A stretch of 64,000 nt of DNA from the NCBI RefSeq assembly GCF_009914755.1, contig NC_060935.1; one strand, written 5' to 3'. This document shows, in pieces, positions 1-13,039 of this stretch (the first letter of the stretch is position 1; the number at the start of each line of letters is the position of its first letter). The DNA comes from the human T2T-CHM13v2.0 reference genome, Homo sapiens. The notes under the pieces were generated by a model that made no database searches, was not told the DNA's origin, and was given only the letters and a program-made list of their open reading frames with translations. Position numbers and translations under genes: made by a program.

Positions 1-364
1 TCTACTTGGAAAACAAGTTGGTATATGGTTGAATTTTGTGCCCCATGGAAAAGGTTAGCTCTTTGTTTTTCCATAGAAAATCCTGGTCCCAACAGTGAGA
101 GAAGCATGCAAAGAACAGGGAAGGAGTCACTGGATATTGCTTGGTTCCAGCTCACCAGGCCCTATGTGAAGCACATTGTACTTCTTATCTCTATAAAAGG
201 ACTTTGTTAGGAAGGCATAATTTCCTCTTTTATGGTGAGGTTAAAGAGGTTACTAGGTCTGATAAGGCTTCCTGATGCCAGTCCCTGTGCTATTTTTCTT
301 TCTCAAAGTATGGTCAGGGGAGATGGGAGGGCAATTGAAAGCAGTATAACACCAAGGTTATGCC

Positions 365-570
365 CAGAGTTCAAATTGTGATTCTATCTTAGCACTGTGT
401 GACATCTAACAAGTTACTTAATCGCTCTGTGCCTCAGTTTACTCATCTGTAAAATGAAGGTAATAGTATCCATTCTCAGAGTATTATTATGGGCATTAAA
501 TAGGTTAAAACACTTAAAAGTATGCCTACTATATAGTAAGGCCTCGTGATTATTAGCTGTAATGATAATT
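365..570 (+). mobile_element. MIR SINE
   Basis: MIR core: ctgtgtgac..aagttacttaatcgctctgtgcctcagtttactcatctgtaaaatg. Confidence 0.85.
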
Positions 571-775
571 AGCATTTCTTTTTCAGCTGCCTTAGGCAGA
601 TTTGAAATTTCTTCACCTGGATCCAAGTTCATCTGTCAAGGTCCACCTCTCCTGCTTTGTTTGGGATACTGTCCATTACCACACCTCATAACATAGCATG
701 ACCGGGGCATTTCACAGTTTTGATGCACGCTCCGTCTCACCCATCCCCCAACCCTACACCATTTCTTCATTTTTA

Positions 776-1156
<381 letters not shown>

Positions 1157-1599
1157 CTAACTTGCTTGTGGCCTTGAGCAAGTCACTTCAATTCTCCAGG
1201 CCTCTGCTAGTGCTTTGGTAAAGCCCTGTGACTTCTAAGATCCCTTTGGGCATCATTCTTTTCTCTATCCCATCCCCACCTCCACCAGGGAAAATTCAGG
1301 AACTAAAGGAAGGAGACTTGCCTTGTTAGAAGCCTTTCTGGGTGCTCTTTCATGCAGCCTCAAGTATTATGGCCTCAGCTACTCTCAGAAGTCAGTGTTT
1401 GTCATCGTATTAATTTGTCCTCCAGCCAGGAAAATGAGTACTGCAAATACAGAGATGCACCTGCTCAAAGTAAAAACAGTCAAGCTGAACTGTTTGAAGC
1501 ATTCAACGATTATCTTTTTTATTTGTGTAGTACTCTGCTTTTTACATTCATATAGGTAACCTGTCAATCATTACAGCCATCTTATGAAGAACAAATATT

Positions 1600-1975
1600 G
1601 GAGATCATCATATTGATTTTGCAAATGAGAAAACTGAGGTACAGGGATATTATGTGGCATGCACGTAATCCCCAAGTGAGAGGCTCTGTTGAGACCCAGA
1701 TCTGCCAACTCCTGGCCAGATGCTCTTTGTACCAGTGATAGGAAGCACATAGAAAGTACCACATGCAAATATATTTCATTCATACCATAGCATTCAATCT
1801 TCCCAATGGCCTTAGGAAGTAGGCATTATCACCCCATTTTATAAACAAACTCAGAGCCCTAGTAGACTTAAAATCCCCTCAGGGTAGGGACCCATTACAT
1901 TTGCCAGTGAACTCTCCCAAAGTTACCTAGATTAAAAGTGGAAGAGTTGGGTCCAAAGCCAGATCATTTCTCTGT
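1600..1975 (-). mobile_element. MIR fragments (two adjacent)
   Basis: ttttgcaaatgagaaaactgagg and attatcaccccattttata, reverse MIR core. Confidence 0.7.
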
Positions 1976-2524
1976 TCAACACGTACTTACAGAAACCCCT
2001 GAGCTGAGACTTGAAGGTTCTACCTATTTATGCAAAGCAACTACCTGTGCATTGGGCTCTGAGAAGAGGACAGCCTGCAGAAGAAAAGGAAGAACTGGTT
2101 TCACTGATCACCTCCTATGTTCTGGGGCATTACTTCCATTATTGCATAAACTCTGTCAGAATTGATCCCCCGAAGCTACTTCAGTAATGGATTCATTTAA
2201 TTTTCATCCTTTAATTTATGCATTTAATGAGAGGATTAATACTCTTCCTTCTTGTCAAGATGTGGGGTTAGGAAAACAAATAAGGAACTTTTGGGAAAAT
2301 CAACATTAACATCTCACAGCTGAATTTTAAGGTCCAGGCTGCACTGAAAAAAGTTCCTAAAGATGCTCCTCAGTTCAGACTGAATGCCACTAAATTCAAC
2401 AAACCTTTACACAATGCTATCTCTTAGTCAAGTACTGCGTTAAACACTGACAGCACAAAAATGAATTAAGACCATGCCCACCCTCAGTCTAATAGGGAAA
2501 ATGGGCATGAAGAAATGCAAGTGC

Positions 2525-2755
2525 TAGAGGCTCTGGAGTCAGACAGCCTGAATGGAATCTGCTCTGACCTTTGCTGTATGACCTTGGGCAAATGTCTTAT
2601 CCTCTCTGTGCCTTAGTTGCTTAATCTATAAAGTGGAAGAGATAATATTAGTTTTGACCTTATGTGTTATTGTTGCAAGGATTAAATAATAAATGCAAAG
2701 CATCTAGAACAATCTCTAACATATGGTAAGAACAATCTCTAACACATGGTAAGAG
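2525..2755 (+). mobile_element. MIR with 23-bp tandem duplication at its 3' end
   Basis: ggctctggagtcagacagcctg..gaccttgggcaa..ctctgtgcct; AGAACAATCTCTAACAYATGGTA x2. Confidence 0.85.
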
Positions 2756-2959
2756 CTACCATGAAACCATTACATGGCAGGGTGAGAAGTACAGTAATAG
2801 ACAAATCCAAGGCTTGGAGGAGGGAATGGTGAATTCTTTCCAGGGCAATGAAGGTAAGGGAAGGCTTCTTGGGTTTAGCAGTATGACTAGGATTTTCCCC
2901 GGGAGGTGGCAGAATGAGAGCAGATGTTACTATTGTTACAACTACAAAAAAACCCACTA

Positions 2960-3335
2960 CCATCTATTGGGCACCTACTGTTTGCAGGCCCTGTGCTTGT
3001 GCTCAATGTGGACTATCTCAGTCTTTATTTATTTATACTTTTATGGTAGAGATGGGGTCTTGCTATGTTTCCCAGGCTGGTCCCAAGCTCTTGGGCTCAA
3101 GTGATCCTCGGGCATCAGCCTCCCAAATTGCTGGGATTACAGGTATGAGCCACCTTGCCTGGCCTGTGGGCTGTCTCATTTAATTCTCTCAATAGTAATT
3201 CCATTAAGTTGGCCCTGTTACTATTAGTCCCATTGGACATATAAGAAATAGAAACCCAGAGAAGTTAAATAACTCACCTAAAGCCATACAGCCGTAGAAG
3301 CCTACAGAAGTGGGACTTGAATGCATGATGTTTGA
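2960..3335 (-). mobile_element. MIR interrupted by FLAM
   Basis: tattgggcacctac.. before the insert and gaaacccagagaagttaaataactcacctaa after it. Confidence 0.75.
3021..3164 (-). mobile_element. Free left Alu monomer (FLAM_C-like)
   Basis: Single Alu left arm in antisense with T-rich tail; TSD tgtggactatctca (3007-3020) / tgtgggctgtctca (3165-3178). Confidence 0.9.
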
Positions 3336-4319
3336 TGTCAGATAAATATTTTAAATCATCAAGCTGTATGTGACTGTTTCTCTGACCCACCCATATTGAA
3401 GGCATCTTTTCTCACTTTAGAGTTTGGCCCTCTTGAACCTGACACCTACCCATATACAGAGCCTGTCCATCAGCCTGTCTCTACTTGTTGAGCTTGTCTC
3501 ATTGGCTGACAACTACTGTGCTGGGCAGTAGCGGGGCTAGTGGGGACATCTATTGAAAGGGGCAGGTTTCAGAGGACAAGAAAGGAAAACTGCAAGAGGG
3601 CTGACTAGGGAGCCTTCCAACTTGTCTCCCATCCCTGCTACTGGCACCATCCTCCCTCCATCCTTTCTCGCAGCGACCCTGTGATGCCTGATGAAATTAA
3701 ACCTGCCCCAACAGGAGCAAACTATGGATGTCTGGTTCCCTGGCACTTTTAGTCTAATTGCTGCCCAATGAATATAATAGCTTCCTGACTATCTTTTCAG
3801 CAACATGGGCTTCTGAAGCCATTCAGAAAGGGCTGAACTCCAATAACACTCACCCTACTGTCTGCAGGCTGAAATCTAATATCGGCCGGATGGTCCTAGT
3901 TTACAACTTTGTTTTCATCTCCACAGGGTCCCTTAGTCTCAGGTTTACTGACCAGTTGCTAGACAGGAGCAATCTGTGACATCCCCCTAACCCCTCTTCT
4001 GTTTCTCACATCCCACTCAGGATAGGATCACAGGATTACTTTTCAGGCTGAGAACAGAAGCTGCAAACTTCAGCTGAAACACATTTTGTTAAGCCATCAC
4101 CTACTGAACGTGGAGAGGCAACTGGCTCAATTTGTTCTGTGTTTGAGTTTGCAGACCATGTGGAGACTTTGGCTAATTAATCATGCCTGCTAATACAGTT
4201 GGCCAGCGTGGATCCAATGTGGAAAGTGCCCCCATAAAACAGGCCTTAGCCGTAGGTCAGGCAAAGAGTCAAGAGAAAACCAGTTCCTGATAATTAAATA
4301 TTAGGTACCTCAGCCTTTT

Positions 4320-4850
4320 GCTTATCTATTGCAGGGAACCAAAACAGACCACCCCAACACTTAATGATATAAAACAACAACTATTTTATTATCTCTCACA
4401 CTTGTATGTCTACTAGGTTCAGCAAGGCAGTTCATCTGCTGTCTTGTTTGGGGCTGCTCATGCTGTTGAAATCAAAAGGTGGCATGGACTGAAATCATCT
4501 GGAATATCCAAGATAACTGATTTCCATGCTGGGACATGGAAATGTCCAGCTTGGCAGGGACAGCTGGAAGACTGAGCTTAGCTGGGACTCTAAATCAGGT
4601 AGCCCTCTCCCTTCCCACATGGAGTCTCTATGTGATCTCCTCAATAGGGTAGCTGTACTTCTTATGTGGTGGTCCAGGGCTCCTGAAAGTAGAAGCTATC
4701 AGTTCTTAAGGTGTTGGTTCAGAATTGGCACAGTGTCATTTCTGCATTCTACTGATTAAAGTCATAGGGCTAACCCATATTCAGGGAGAGGACTACACAG
4801 AATGTGAATCCTACACAAGGGTGTGGATTGGGTTATGCGTCCCCACTATA
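4320..4850 (-). mobile_element. MaLR solo LTR (MLT1F/H-like)
   Basis: Reverse MLT1 motifs: accccaacacttaatgatataaaacaacaa..ggcacagtgtcatttctgcattct..tcagggagaggactacaca. Confidence 0.7.
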
Positions 4851-4899
4851 AACAAGCAAATGACCACATTCCCTTATGTAAGTATACTTTCATCTTACA

Positions 4900-5105
4900 T
4901 AGCTACCATTTGTTGAGTGCTTGCCACAGGCAAGGCACTATGCTAAGTGGGTTATATCATTGTCTCTTTTCTCCCTACAAAAACTGAGAGAGCTGGGCAT
5001 TCACACCCCCATGTTACAAATGAACAAACTAAGGCTCAGAGAGTATGAGTAAATTCTCCTAAGTTATTGAGCAAGTAAGTAGTGGAGCTAGGATTAAATC
5101 CAAGA
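4900..5105 (-). mobile_element. MIR
   Basis: ttgttgagtgctt..ggcactatgctaag..acaaatgaacaaactaaggctcagagag. Confidence 0.8.
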
Positions 5106-5654
5106 TTAGTGTTCCTGCAAAAATTTGTTTGCTTTTTATATACATAGATACAAATCACAGCATCATCCCTTCTTGCCATTCTAGTACAGTAAGAAGCCAG
5201 CCACAGTTGGCCCAGCTGAGGCTGTTGGTGTTTTGCCTAAGAATCCAAAGGTGTTGAGAGTAAATGTGTCTGCATACTCAGAAGTTCTTTGCTCCAGGCT
5301 TGTCAGGCATCACACTCCAGGGGTCCTGCCAGCTTCAGCTTGTGTGCTTTAGATGAACTCAGGCCCTACACAGAAGGCTTTTGGTTCTAGCCAGCTCATT
5401 TTTGCTACTGGGTACCTGGACCTATGAATTCAGCTTTCTGATGAGGTCTGGACCATTCATTGTTTAGCATTCAGTCTCAGTTTTTGATCTCTCTCATCTT
5501 TGCCTGGATCCCTAATCCCTACTATTGCCCTCCCAGAATCTGATAATCTTTGCCATGCCTGGGCTACTGCCCACCCTTCTCTGCTTTACCTGACCTTGAT
5601 TAACTTGATCCATGTCCATCTAACCAGACTCCTGTTTCTGTTCTAGCTTGAGCT

Positions 5655-6175
5655 GATCATTCATTTCTTCAGTCAGTCACAGTACCTATTTACTGAGGGC
5701 TTTTCAGCTATCAAGGTCTATTCCAGGCACCAGGTCTGTGAGAGTGACCAAAATTGGCATGTTTCCTGCCCTCAGGACCTTAAACTCAAGACTAGGGAAC
5801 AATTAATAAACAAATGATAAAATTTAGATTGCTTGTGATAAATAAATAATCAGGGATGTGCAAGGAGAGAACACCAAGTGCAAAGGAAAAGAGCTTGACA
5901 TGTGAACAGCCAGGTCATGGGGCTGTAGAGGTGTGAAGATCATGATGAAAATGGTTCCCTACACAGAACACTCAGGGAAAGCCAAGACCCACTAGGCAGA
6001 GTTGGGGACCCTTCCTGTGTGGCTTCATTTTCTGTAGATTCCTCTTAATTGCTCTTATCAAATCTGATGTGACGCTTCCTGTTTGTCTCCCTTATTAAAC
6101 TGTGGATTATTTCCTCTCTATATACAAAGTGTCCATCACAGTGTCTGTTTAGTACGTATTTGTCGACTTAATGAA
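5655..6175. mobile_element. L2 3'-end fragments (one minus, one plus)
   Basis: cattcatt..tatttactgag..caggcac..cctgccctcagg; and ..acagtgtctg..tatttgtcgacttaatgaa. Confidence 0.55.
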
Positions 6176-6956
6176 GAAAGGAAGGAAAGAGAAGAAAGGA
6201 AAGGACACATTTCAGCTAATTAACCTGTCCCAATCCTTCCATTTGTCATCTCTGGTTTTATAAACCAAGCTTTATCAAATGAGCCATTTCATTTGTGCAT
6301 CTCCTTGAGGTTATTAACGATGCTGTCCCTCAGATGAGCTGGCAGCTAATTTCTCCACTTTGTTTTTGCTCCTTTTGCTTCTTGAGAAGATGCTGAGATT
6401 TTGCCAGATGATACAGGCTAGGTGTAATATTTATTCTTCCTAAATCTTCAAATGAGGAGGACTTTCCTGCAAAGTCCATGCTCTGCCTATTACTTCTGCA
6501 GGCTGTCTATGGTCATTCAACTCTTTCTAAACAGTAGTAGATATCAATCTTCCCCTCTAGGTCTTTCCTTCAGTACTGGGATTGCCGTTTTTTTCCCCTA
6601 AAGCTAGAGGTGGCTTGGAGAGGAGAGAAGAAGAATCTGATTCTGGTCGATTTGGTTTTGGTTAATAGGATGTGTGAAGAATGAGTTCAAGTAAAGGATC
6701 AAAGTGAAGTTTTGCATTATCTATGAATTTTAAAGCATTGCGACTCCTTTATAAGCTCAAACCTCAGAGCTGTTTAGGGAAAACTATAAAAGTCAACTTG
6801 ACAAATACTTATTAAGCACATTTTGTCCCAACTACTGAGAATATGATGGTGAATATGACAGACATAACACATACCTGGTCAGTAAATAGGTTGTAAATAT
6901 AAAGAACTGGAAAAGTCCACAATGCTGTGGAGGGACATAGGATGAGCACATAGTCC

Positions 6957-7250
6957 TGTGACTCAGTCAGAGTAGGCCAGACTATGCTATGTTAAAAAAT
7001 GATCCCCAAACATCACTGGCTTACAATAACATAGGCTTGTTTCTCCCCATGCTAGAGGCCCACTGCAGGTTGTCAGGGAACCCACACTAATGGAGTAACC
7101 AGCAATTATAGAGGTAATATAGCTTAGGGGGGTCTAAAATTACCAGTGAAATGCCATAGCCTGGAAGTGACACATGTCACTTCTGGTCACAACTCATTGG
7201 CTAAATTGGTTCCAGCCCCACCTCACCAGGAGAGGATCAGGATGGTCAGT
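6957..7250 (-). mobile_element. MaLR LTR (MLT1K/J-like) within L2 remnants
   Basis: ctatgctatgtt..ccccaaacatcactggctta..ggaagtgacacatgtcacttct..ctcattggcta. Confidence 0.65.
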
Positions 7251-7774
7251 CCTCCTAAGGACCCAGGAAATGATGTCTAAGCTGAGACCTGATATAGGAA
7301 GGCTCAGCTCCTATAAGTAGAAGTGAGATAGAAAGGAAATTATGAGTGTCAGTCAGGTTAAAGAGCAGAAACATATGCTGGGAGGGTAAAAGAGAATATT
7401 CTTTTGGAGGATGAATGGTTGAGTGGGGAAGAAAACGAGGATCTTTTGTCATCACTGAGGGATTTAAAACATCATAGACATTCCTCATTTGAAAGAAACA
7501 GTCATTCAACAAACCAGTTGATAGTAAGTTGTGCATTGATTCATTCACTCATTCATGTCATATATATGCCCTTTCTAGTTATATTGTAACTCAAGGACTT
7601 TTAGTTGCCTTTCCAACGTTCCTTCAGTCATTTAATCATTGTCACTGTATGGATAGATGGCTATGAATATGCTTTCTTAGCAATTTCTCCAATTCTCAAT
7701 TGGTGACTTGATTAAGAGCTCCAGGAAGTAGTTTTTTAACAGAAGAATTTTAGTGTATCCAATCATTCTTTTTT

Positions 7775-8830
7775 CTCCTAAAATCTTTACTGAGCACTCA
7801 CTGTATACAACAGCTAGTGAACAAAACAAAGTTCTTGCCCACACGGAGCTGACAATCTAATGAAGGAGACAGATTGAATCGAGTAGTGTTAAGTGCCAGG
7901 GATAAAAATAAAGTAGGATATGCAGCATATGGACTGTAAGAATGGCTAGAGAAGGCCTCTATCATAATAAGTCTTTTTAAAAATGAAGGAATATATCTGG
8001 AATAAGAAAGGCCAAAGGAAAAAGCAAGAGTAGAAAGTCTTGAGACAGAGTCTTCCTTGGAATGTTCACAGAACTGCAGGGAGGAAAACATAGCAAGAGA
8101 GGTATAATTAATGAAGAAGGAAGAAGGAGATGTCTAATAGCCCATTTATGCCTAGTGTCCCATTATTGGACCATGAAGCATGTGGGAGTTACTTATATAC
8201 TACTGCTCAAGGTCATTGTCAAGGTCTCATTGCAAAAATTCAAAAAACTGCAACCTCAGGCATAAATGAACTAAGAGATGAGAGAAGGAGACAGATGATG
8301 CCTCCTTCCCCTCTAAGGATTTTCCTTTAAATCAAAGGGAAGTGGAAAGCTGGTAGAGGATTTTGAGGGAAGAGTTGCTGATCTGATTTAGATTTTTGAA
8401 GGATGACTCTGGTCATTCTGTTGAGAATAGAGTCAGGGGTACTCAAGAATGAAAACAAAGAGTTACCTTTGGAGGCCATCCTAGGTGAGAAGTAATCACA
8501 TTTGGCCTAGTATAGTAGCAGTGGTAGTGATGAGTGGGCAGATTCTGGTTACATTCTGAAGCAAAAGCTGAGAGAATTTGCTATGGAATTGAATATGGGT
8601 GTGAGGGGAAGAATAGAGTCAAATATGACTCCAAGTTTTCCAACATGAACAAATGGAAGAGCGGAGTTGTCATTTATTGAAATGGGAAAAGTGGAGTCCA
8701 ATTATTGACATGTTGAGTTCAAAATACCTGTTACATATTTAAGTCAAAATATTAGGTCAGCTGTTGGATATACGAGTATAGATTTCAGGGAAGGGAACAG
8801 GCTGGAAATTTGTATGCAGTTAAAGGGAAT
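7775..8830 (-). mobile_element. L2 LINE fragment interrupted by MER85
   Basis: tttactgagcactcactgt..cttgcccacacggagctgacaatcta..ttttgaaggatgactctgg..gacatgttgagtt. Confidence 0.8.
8141..8270 (+). mobile_element. MER85, non-autonomous piggyBac (PGBD3-derived) MITE
   Basis: Left TIR CCCATTTATGCCT, right TIR AGGCATAAATGaa, internal tactgctcaaggtcat..tgcaaaaattcaaaaaa..caacctc; flanks atag/ctaa are degenerate TTAA. Confidence 0.92.
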
Positions 8831-10529
8831 TATCTAACCCGCAAGGTGAACTAGCATCACACTTAGGTGTTTATAATAATGTTCACCAAAAACTATAAAA
8901 AGAGTTTATGGGAAAGAAATAGAATGCTGTATGAAAAGAATTTTCTTTAGTAGACCCTCATTAAATATGCTTCCAATGCTGTTTATCTGGGAAGCAACTA
9001 GTTAGAAAATACATTTGCTATGGAATGCTAGCCCCCTGAAGAAATGAGATAGTGCCTATTTAAACATCCTTAGGGTATCAGATGCTAAGGTGTAGTAACT
9101 TGCAATCAATACCTGTAATTTGATGAGTAGGTAACCAAATCCATCTAGCTGAATCCAATCACTGTTTTCATCATAGACTAGACTAAAAACAGCAGTAAGT
9201 TTTTAATTTATCAATAAATTCAGGTGAAACACAGAATTTAATCTTTGGAAACCCTTAAAACATAACAACATAAAGGAGAGAGTTTGAGAGCCCAGAAATA
9301 AGAGTGACCCAACCATAAAGCTAGACACATCCCCAGGGCTAGAGCCAACAGAGACACTGGCATTCTTACACATTGCACAGAGCTCAGCTCTCCTCTCCTG
9401 GGGAGCCATGGCTCCTAGATCTAAGGCCTAAGTCTCTGCCTCCTGGATGGTACATACATAAGCACCTCTTGTAGGGAGGAAGAGCCACATTCCCCAGAAA
9501 ACCCTGGAGGGCCTTCTACCTAAGGCTTCACAGTTGTGTTGTAACAATGAGGTCTGTGGAAGGCTTCACTGGAGGCCTTGGAATGATCCCTGAATTTTGT
9601 GCCCTTCAATAGCGATAAGAGTCAAAGCTTTGGAGACAATTTCAGAAAAACCCAATATCTTTGAACACTATTCTCTAGCTCCTTGAACTCTCCAAAAGAG
9701 GACAAAAAATTAACATGTATTTCTGGGAAATTGCGGTGGTTCACAGAGATGTCTTGATTTCTCAATATATTTTTAATAGTTTTTTATTCATCCACCATAA
9801 AGCAATCCATACAGAGTGTCAATTTTGAGCTAGAAGCTGGAGATAGGGTAGAACACAAGACAAAGTCCATGCCCTTGGGAAGCTTACATCCTATTGGGGA
9901 AAATATAGATTCACTCTATTTTTCCCTCAGCTCTTGGCTAGAAAAAAAATTGAGGTGAACATCCAAAGTAAATATTCTATTGGCTCTAAAGAATAATAAT
10001 AAAACAATATAGAATGAGCCTAAATGAATTTCCAGACTCTAGAACCTAGAAAGATTTTTACCCCAGAAGTATCAGTCAATTACACCAACCCACTGTGTCT
10101 ATGGGAGAAGTCATTCAAATACTAAAATCTTAGCCTCCTTCTGAAAAACTAATCTTGTCTGAACTCAAGGAAGTTTTGGATCTATTATTTTCTCTCTCTA
10201 GCATTTGATCCAGGCACTGGGCTGAATGCTTTCCAGCATACTATTTGGTTCAATCCTTTTAACAATCCTGTTGGGTAGATATTTGTATCCTATTACATAG
10301 AAGACAAGCAGAAGGGCTAATGACTTCTTCAAGATGGGAAAATCATAATTGGAGAATTAAAAACTCTAACACTAAGAGATGGGTTCTACCTAAAAATTTC
10401 ATACCTGAGAAAATTGTCCATGGCTAATAGATAATGAATGTCAAAGCTGAGAAATGCATGGTGGATAATTCGAAACCCAAGATTATTACCACATCAACTA
10501 CCTCCTCAGCACATCTGGTATCAACAACT

Positions 10530-11072
10530 TATGGACCCTCTACACCAGGTATTCCACATTTGTCCTTCCAGAGCCACTCTCTACCCTTCTCCACCCTTCT
10601 TGTGCTCAGAGATGCTGACGTTCATGAACTGTATCATCAGGCTGCCCTGTACACTGACTTCCAGTTGGATTTGGCCAATAGAAATACCCACAGGAGACTA
10701 GGCGAGGTAGGATGGAAGAGAGCAGAGTGAGGTCAGAGTAATCATTTCCCCGGTTCATATCCTATCAGATCATGGCTTAGCAGTGGCCATGTTTCTTTAC
10801 CAAAGCCATGGATGGCTCTTATCAGATGGCTCTCTCCTGGAGTTACTGCTTTTTCTGGGTTCCATTAATTACCCCATTCCTGCTCCTTTGGACCTGCAGG
10901 TGGTAACGACTCTAAATCCTCAGGCTGTTAATAGAAGCAAGGTGCTTCCTCATCTCTTGTTGGTTTTCCTTCATCTTGCCCACACCTTTGTAATAATCCT
11001 TTCACTAAGCCCTCCTGAAATACCCTCATTTGAGTGGCCATCTGTTTTGTATTGGGAAACTGATTGCTACAG
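10530..11072 (+). mobile_element. ERVL solo LTR (LTR33-like)
   Basis: cttccagttggatttggccaat..gagtgaggtcag..cccacacctttgtaat..tttgagtggccatctgttt..ctgattgctaca. Confidence 0.7.
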
Positions 11073-11789
11073 CTTGGGAAATGGAACCTAAGAACTTGGT
11101 AGGCAAAGTTATTTCCTTCTTTTGTTAATTTAAAACAAAATTAACGTATGTGGCACAGACCAATCCTAAATGGATCCCTTCAGATGCTCAGTGCAAAATA
11201 TCTCTTTAACTGTGTTCTTTTTTATCTCTCTGTGAAGATTCTCTTCCAGCATTGTCAGGAGGACAAAGTTATTTTATTCATTCAAGGTACTTTCACTTAA
11301 GTTTGATATTTCTTTATCTAAAACTTCATCTAAAAGTTTGAAAAGTTCAATAAACTCTGAGACCAGACATTAACATCTTAATATTAAACTTTAATATAAT
11401 CCTTTTTGATATTACTAATGATGCCTGATTGCTCTAAGTTTTAGAATACAATAAGCATCATTTTGACTTTATTTTAGAATGAGAGAACACGTTGAAATCA
11501 CATATTATTATTTCAAAAAAGGCTACCAGAAAAAGAGACACAGATACAAGTTAGTAAGATGGAATCTATTATCACTCGTCTCCCTAGTCAATCCTCTAAA
11601 AATTTGTCTGCTCAGAAAGCCAATTAAAGCCTCCTACAGTCTCCTTCATTGGCCAGAATAATAATGGTTTAAAAAAGCAGTTCAGTTGGGAAAAGGAAAT
11701 GCATCCTCCAGAAGTAATACACCAACATTTCTCTGTGTTACAAGGGTACAAGCCAAATCCAGCATCAGTCTCTAAGATGTCTATAGGGT

Positions 11790-12156
11790 CTTTCCTGACT
11801 ACACTCTTCTCACTTCCCCTAGTTCAACTGCTTCTTAATGGGTTACTGCACCTCTAATATTACTCTTCTCCCATCCAGTCTCCATGCTTCAGCCAGAAAG
11901 TTCTCCCTGTAAAATGAGTTCGATTATGTTTCCTCCCTATGTCAAACCTTTGGATGGCATCCTATGGTCTACAGAATAAAGCAAACTCCTGAGAAAAGCA
12001 AACCAAGCTTGCCTACCTTTATAGCTGTCCCTACTCTCTTCCATCACCCCAGGATGTATGCTTTTAACACCTTGAGTGTCCCACCCCACCCTTTCCTGGA
12101 TGCAGCCTACTCTATCTCTCTTCCAGCACCTTGCCCATGCTGTCCCACTTGGATAA
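11790..12156 (+). mobile_element. L2 fragment
   Basis: tctccatgcttcagccagaaag..aaacctttggatggcatcc..cagaataaagcaaactcct. Confidence 0.6.
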
Positions 12157-12537
12157 TGTATTAGTCTGTTCTTGCATTGCTACGAAGAAATATGGGGCAC
12201 TGGGTAATTTATAAAGAGGCTTAACTGGCTCACAGTTCTGCAGGCTACACAGGAAACATAGCAGTTTCTGCTTCTGGGGAAGCCTCAGGAAACTTACAAT
12301 CATGGTGGAAGGGGAAAGGAAAGCAGGCACGTCTTACATGGCTAGAACAGGAGCAAGAGAGAGAGAGTGGGGAGGTGCCACACACTTTTAAACAATGAGA
12401 ACTCTATCATGAGAACAGCACCAAAGGGGGAAATCTGCCCCCATGATCCAATCACCTCCCATCACGCCCCACCTCCAACATTGAGGATTACAATTCAACA
12501 TGAGATTTGAATGGGGACACAAATCCAAACCATATCA
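12157..12537 (-). mobile_element. MaLR solo LTR (MSTA-like)
   Basis: tgtattagtctgttcttgcattgcta..gcctcaggaaacttacaatcatgg..ggggacacaaatccaaaccatatca. Confidence 0.92.
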
Positions 12538-12739
12538 GCAGGTTCATTCCCATAGCCCATGGTAAGCCTGAGTACCTTCTCATGCTCAAGAGACCAAGTT
12601 AACTTGCTAAATCTCTTTTTCTCCTTTGTTCACTATCCTATCCTCTCAGAAACAGGAGGAAAATACTAATTACTAGTTCTCTTTTGTAATGTCATGCCTT
12701 CTGAGTCAATGACTTCTAATTATATATTTAGAAAGAAAA

Positions 12740-12955
12740 TGACACTTATTGAGCACCTACTATTGTACTATGTGCATTATTCACATGCATAGTTTCCTCT
12801 AATCCTCACAATAATATTATATAGAAAAGCAGTATTATCTCATTTTGTTGATAAGGAAATTGTGCCTGAAAACAAAGAACTGTTGCTCAAGGTTGTACAG
12901 CTAGTTGGTGGGAAGTCCAAAACTTGACTTTATGTTCTCTGACTCAAAATCTGTG
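12740..12955 (-). mobile_element. MIR
   Basis: acttattgagcacctacta..aatcctcacaa..ctcaaggttgtacagctag. Confidence 0.8.
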
Positions 12956-13039
12956 CTTTTTTTGTTATAATCACCATTTTCTCATATTAAAAATAGATTC
13001 ATCAGATTTTTAAGACTCCTTATTTGTATAGCATGTTAC

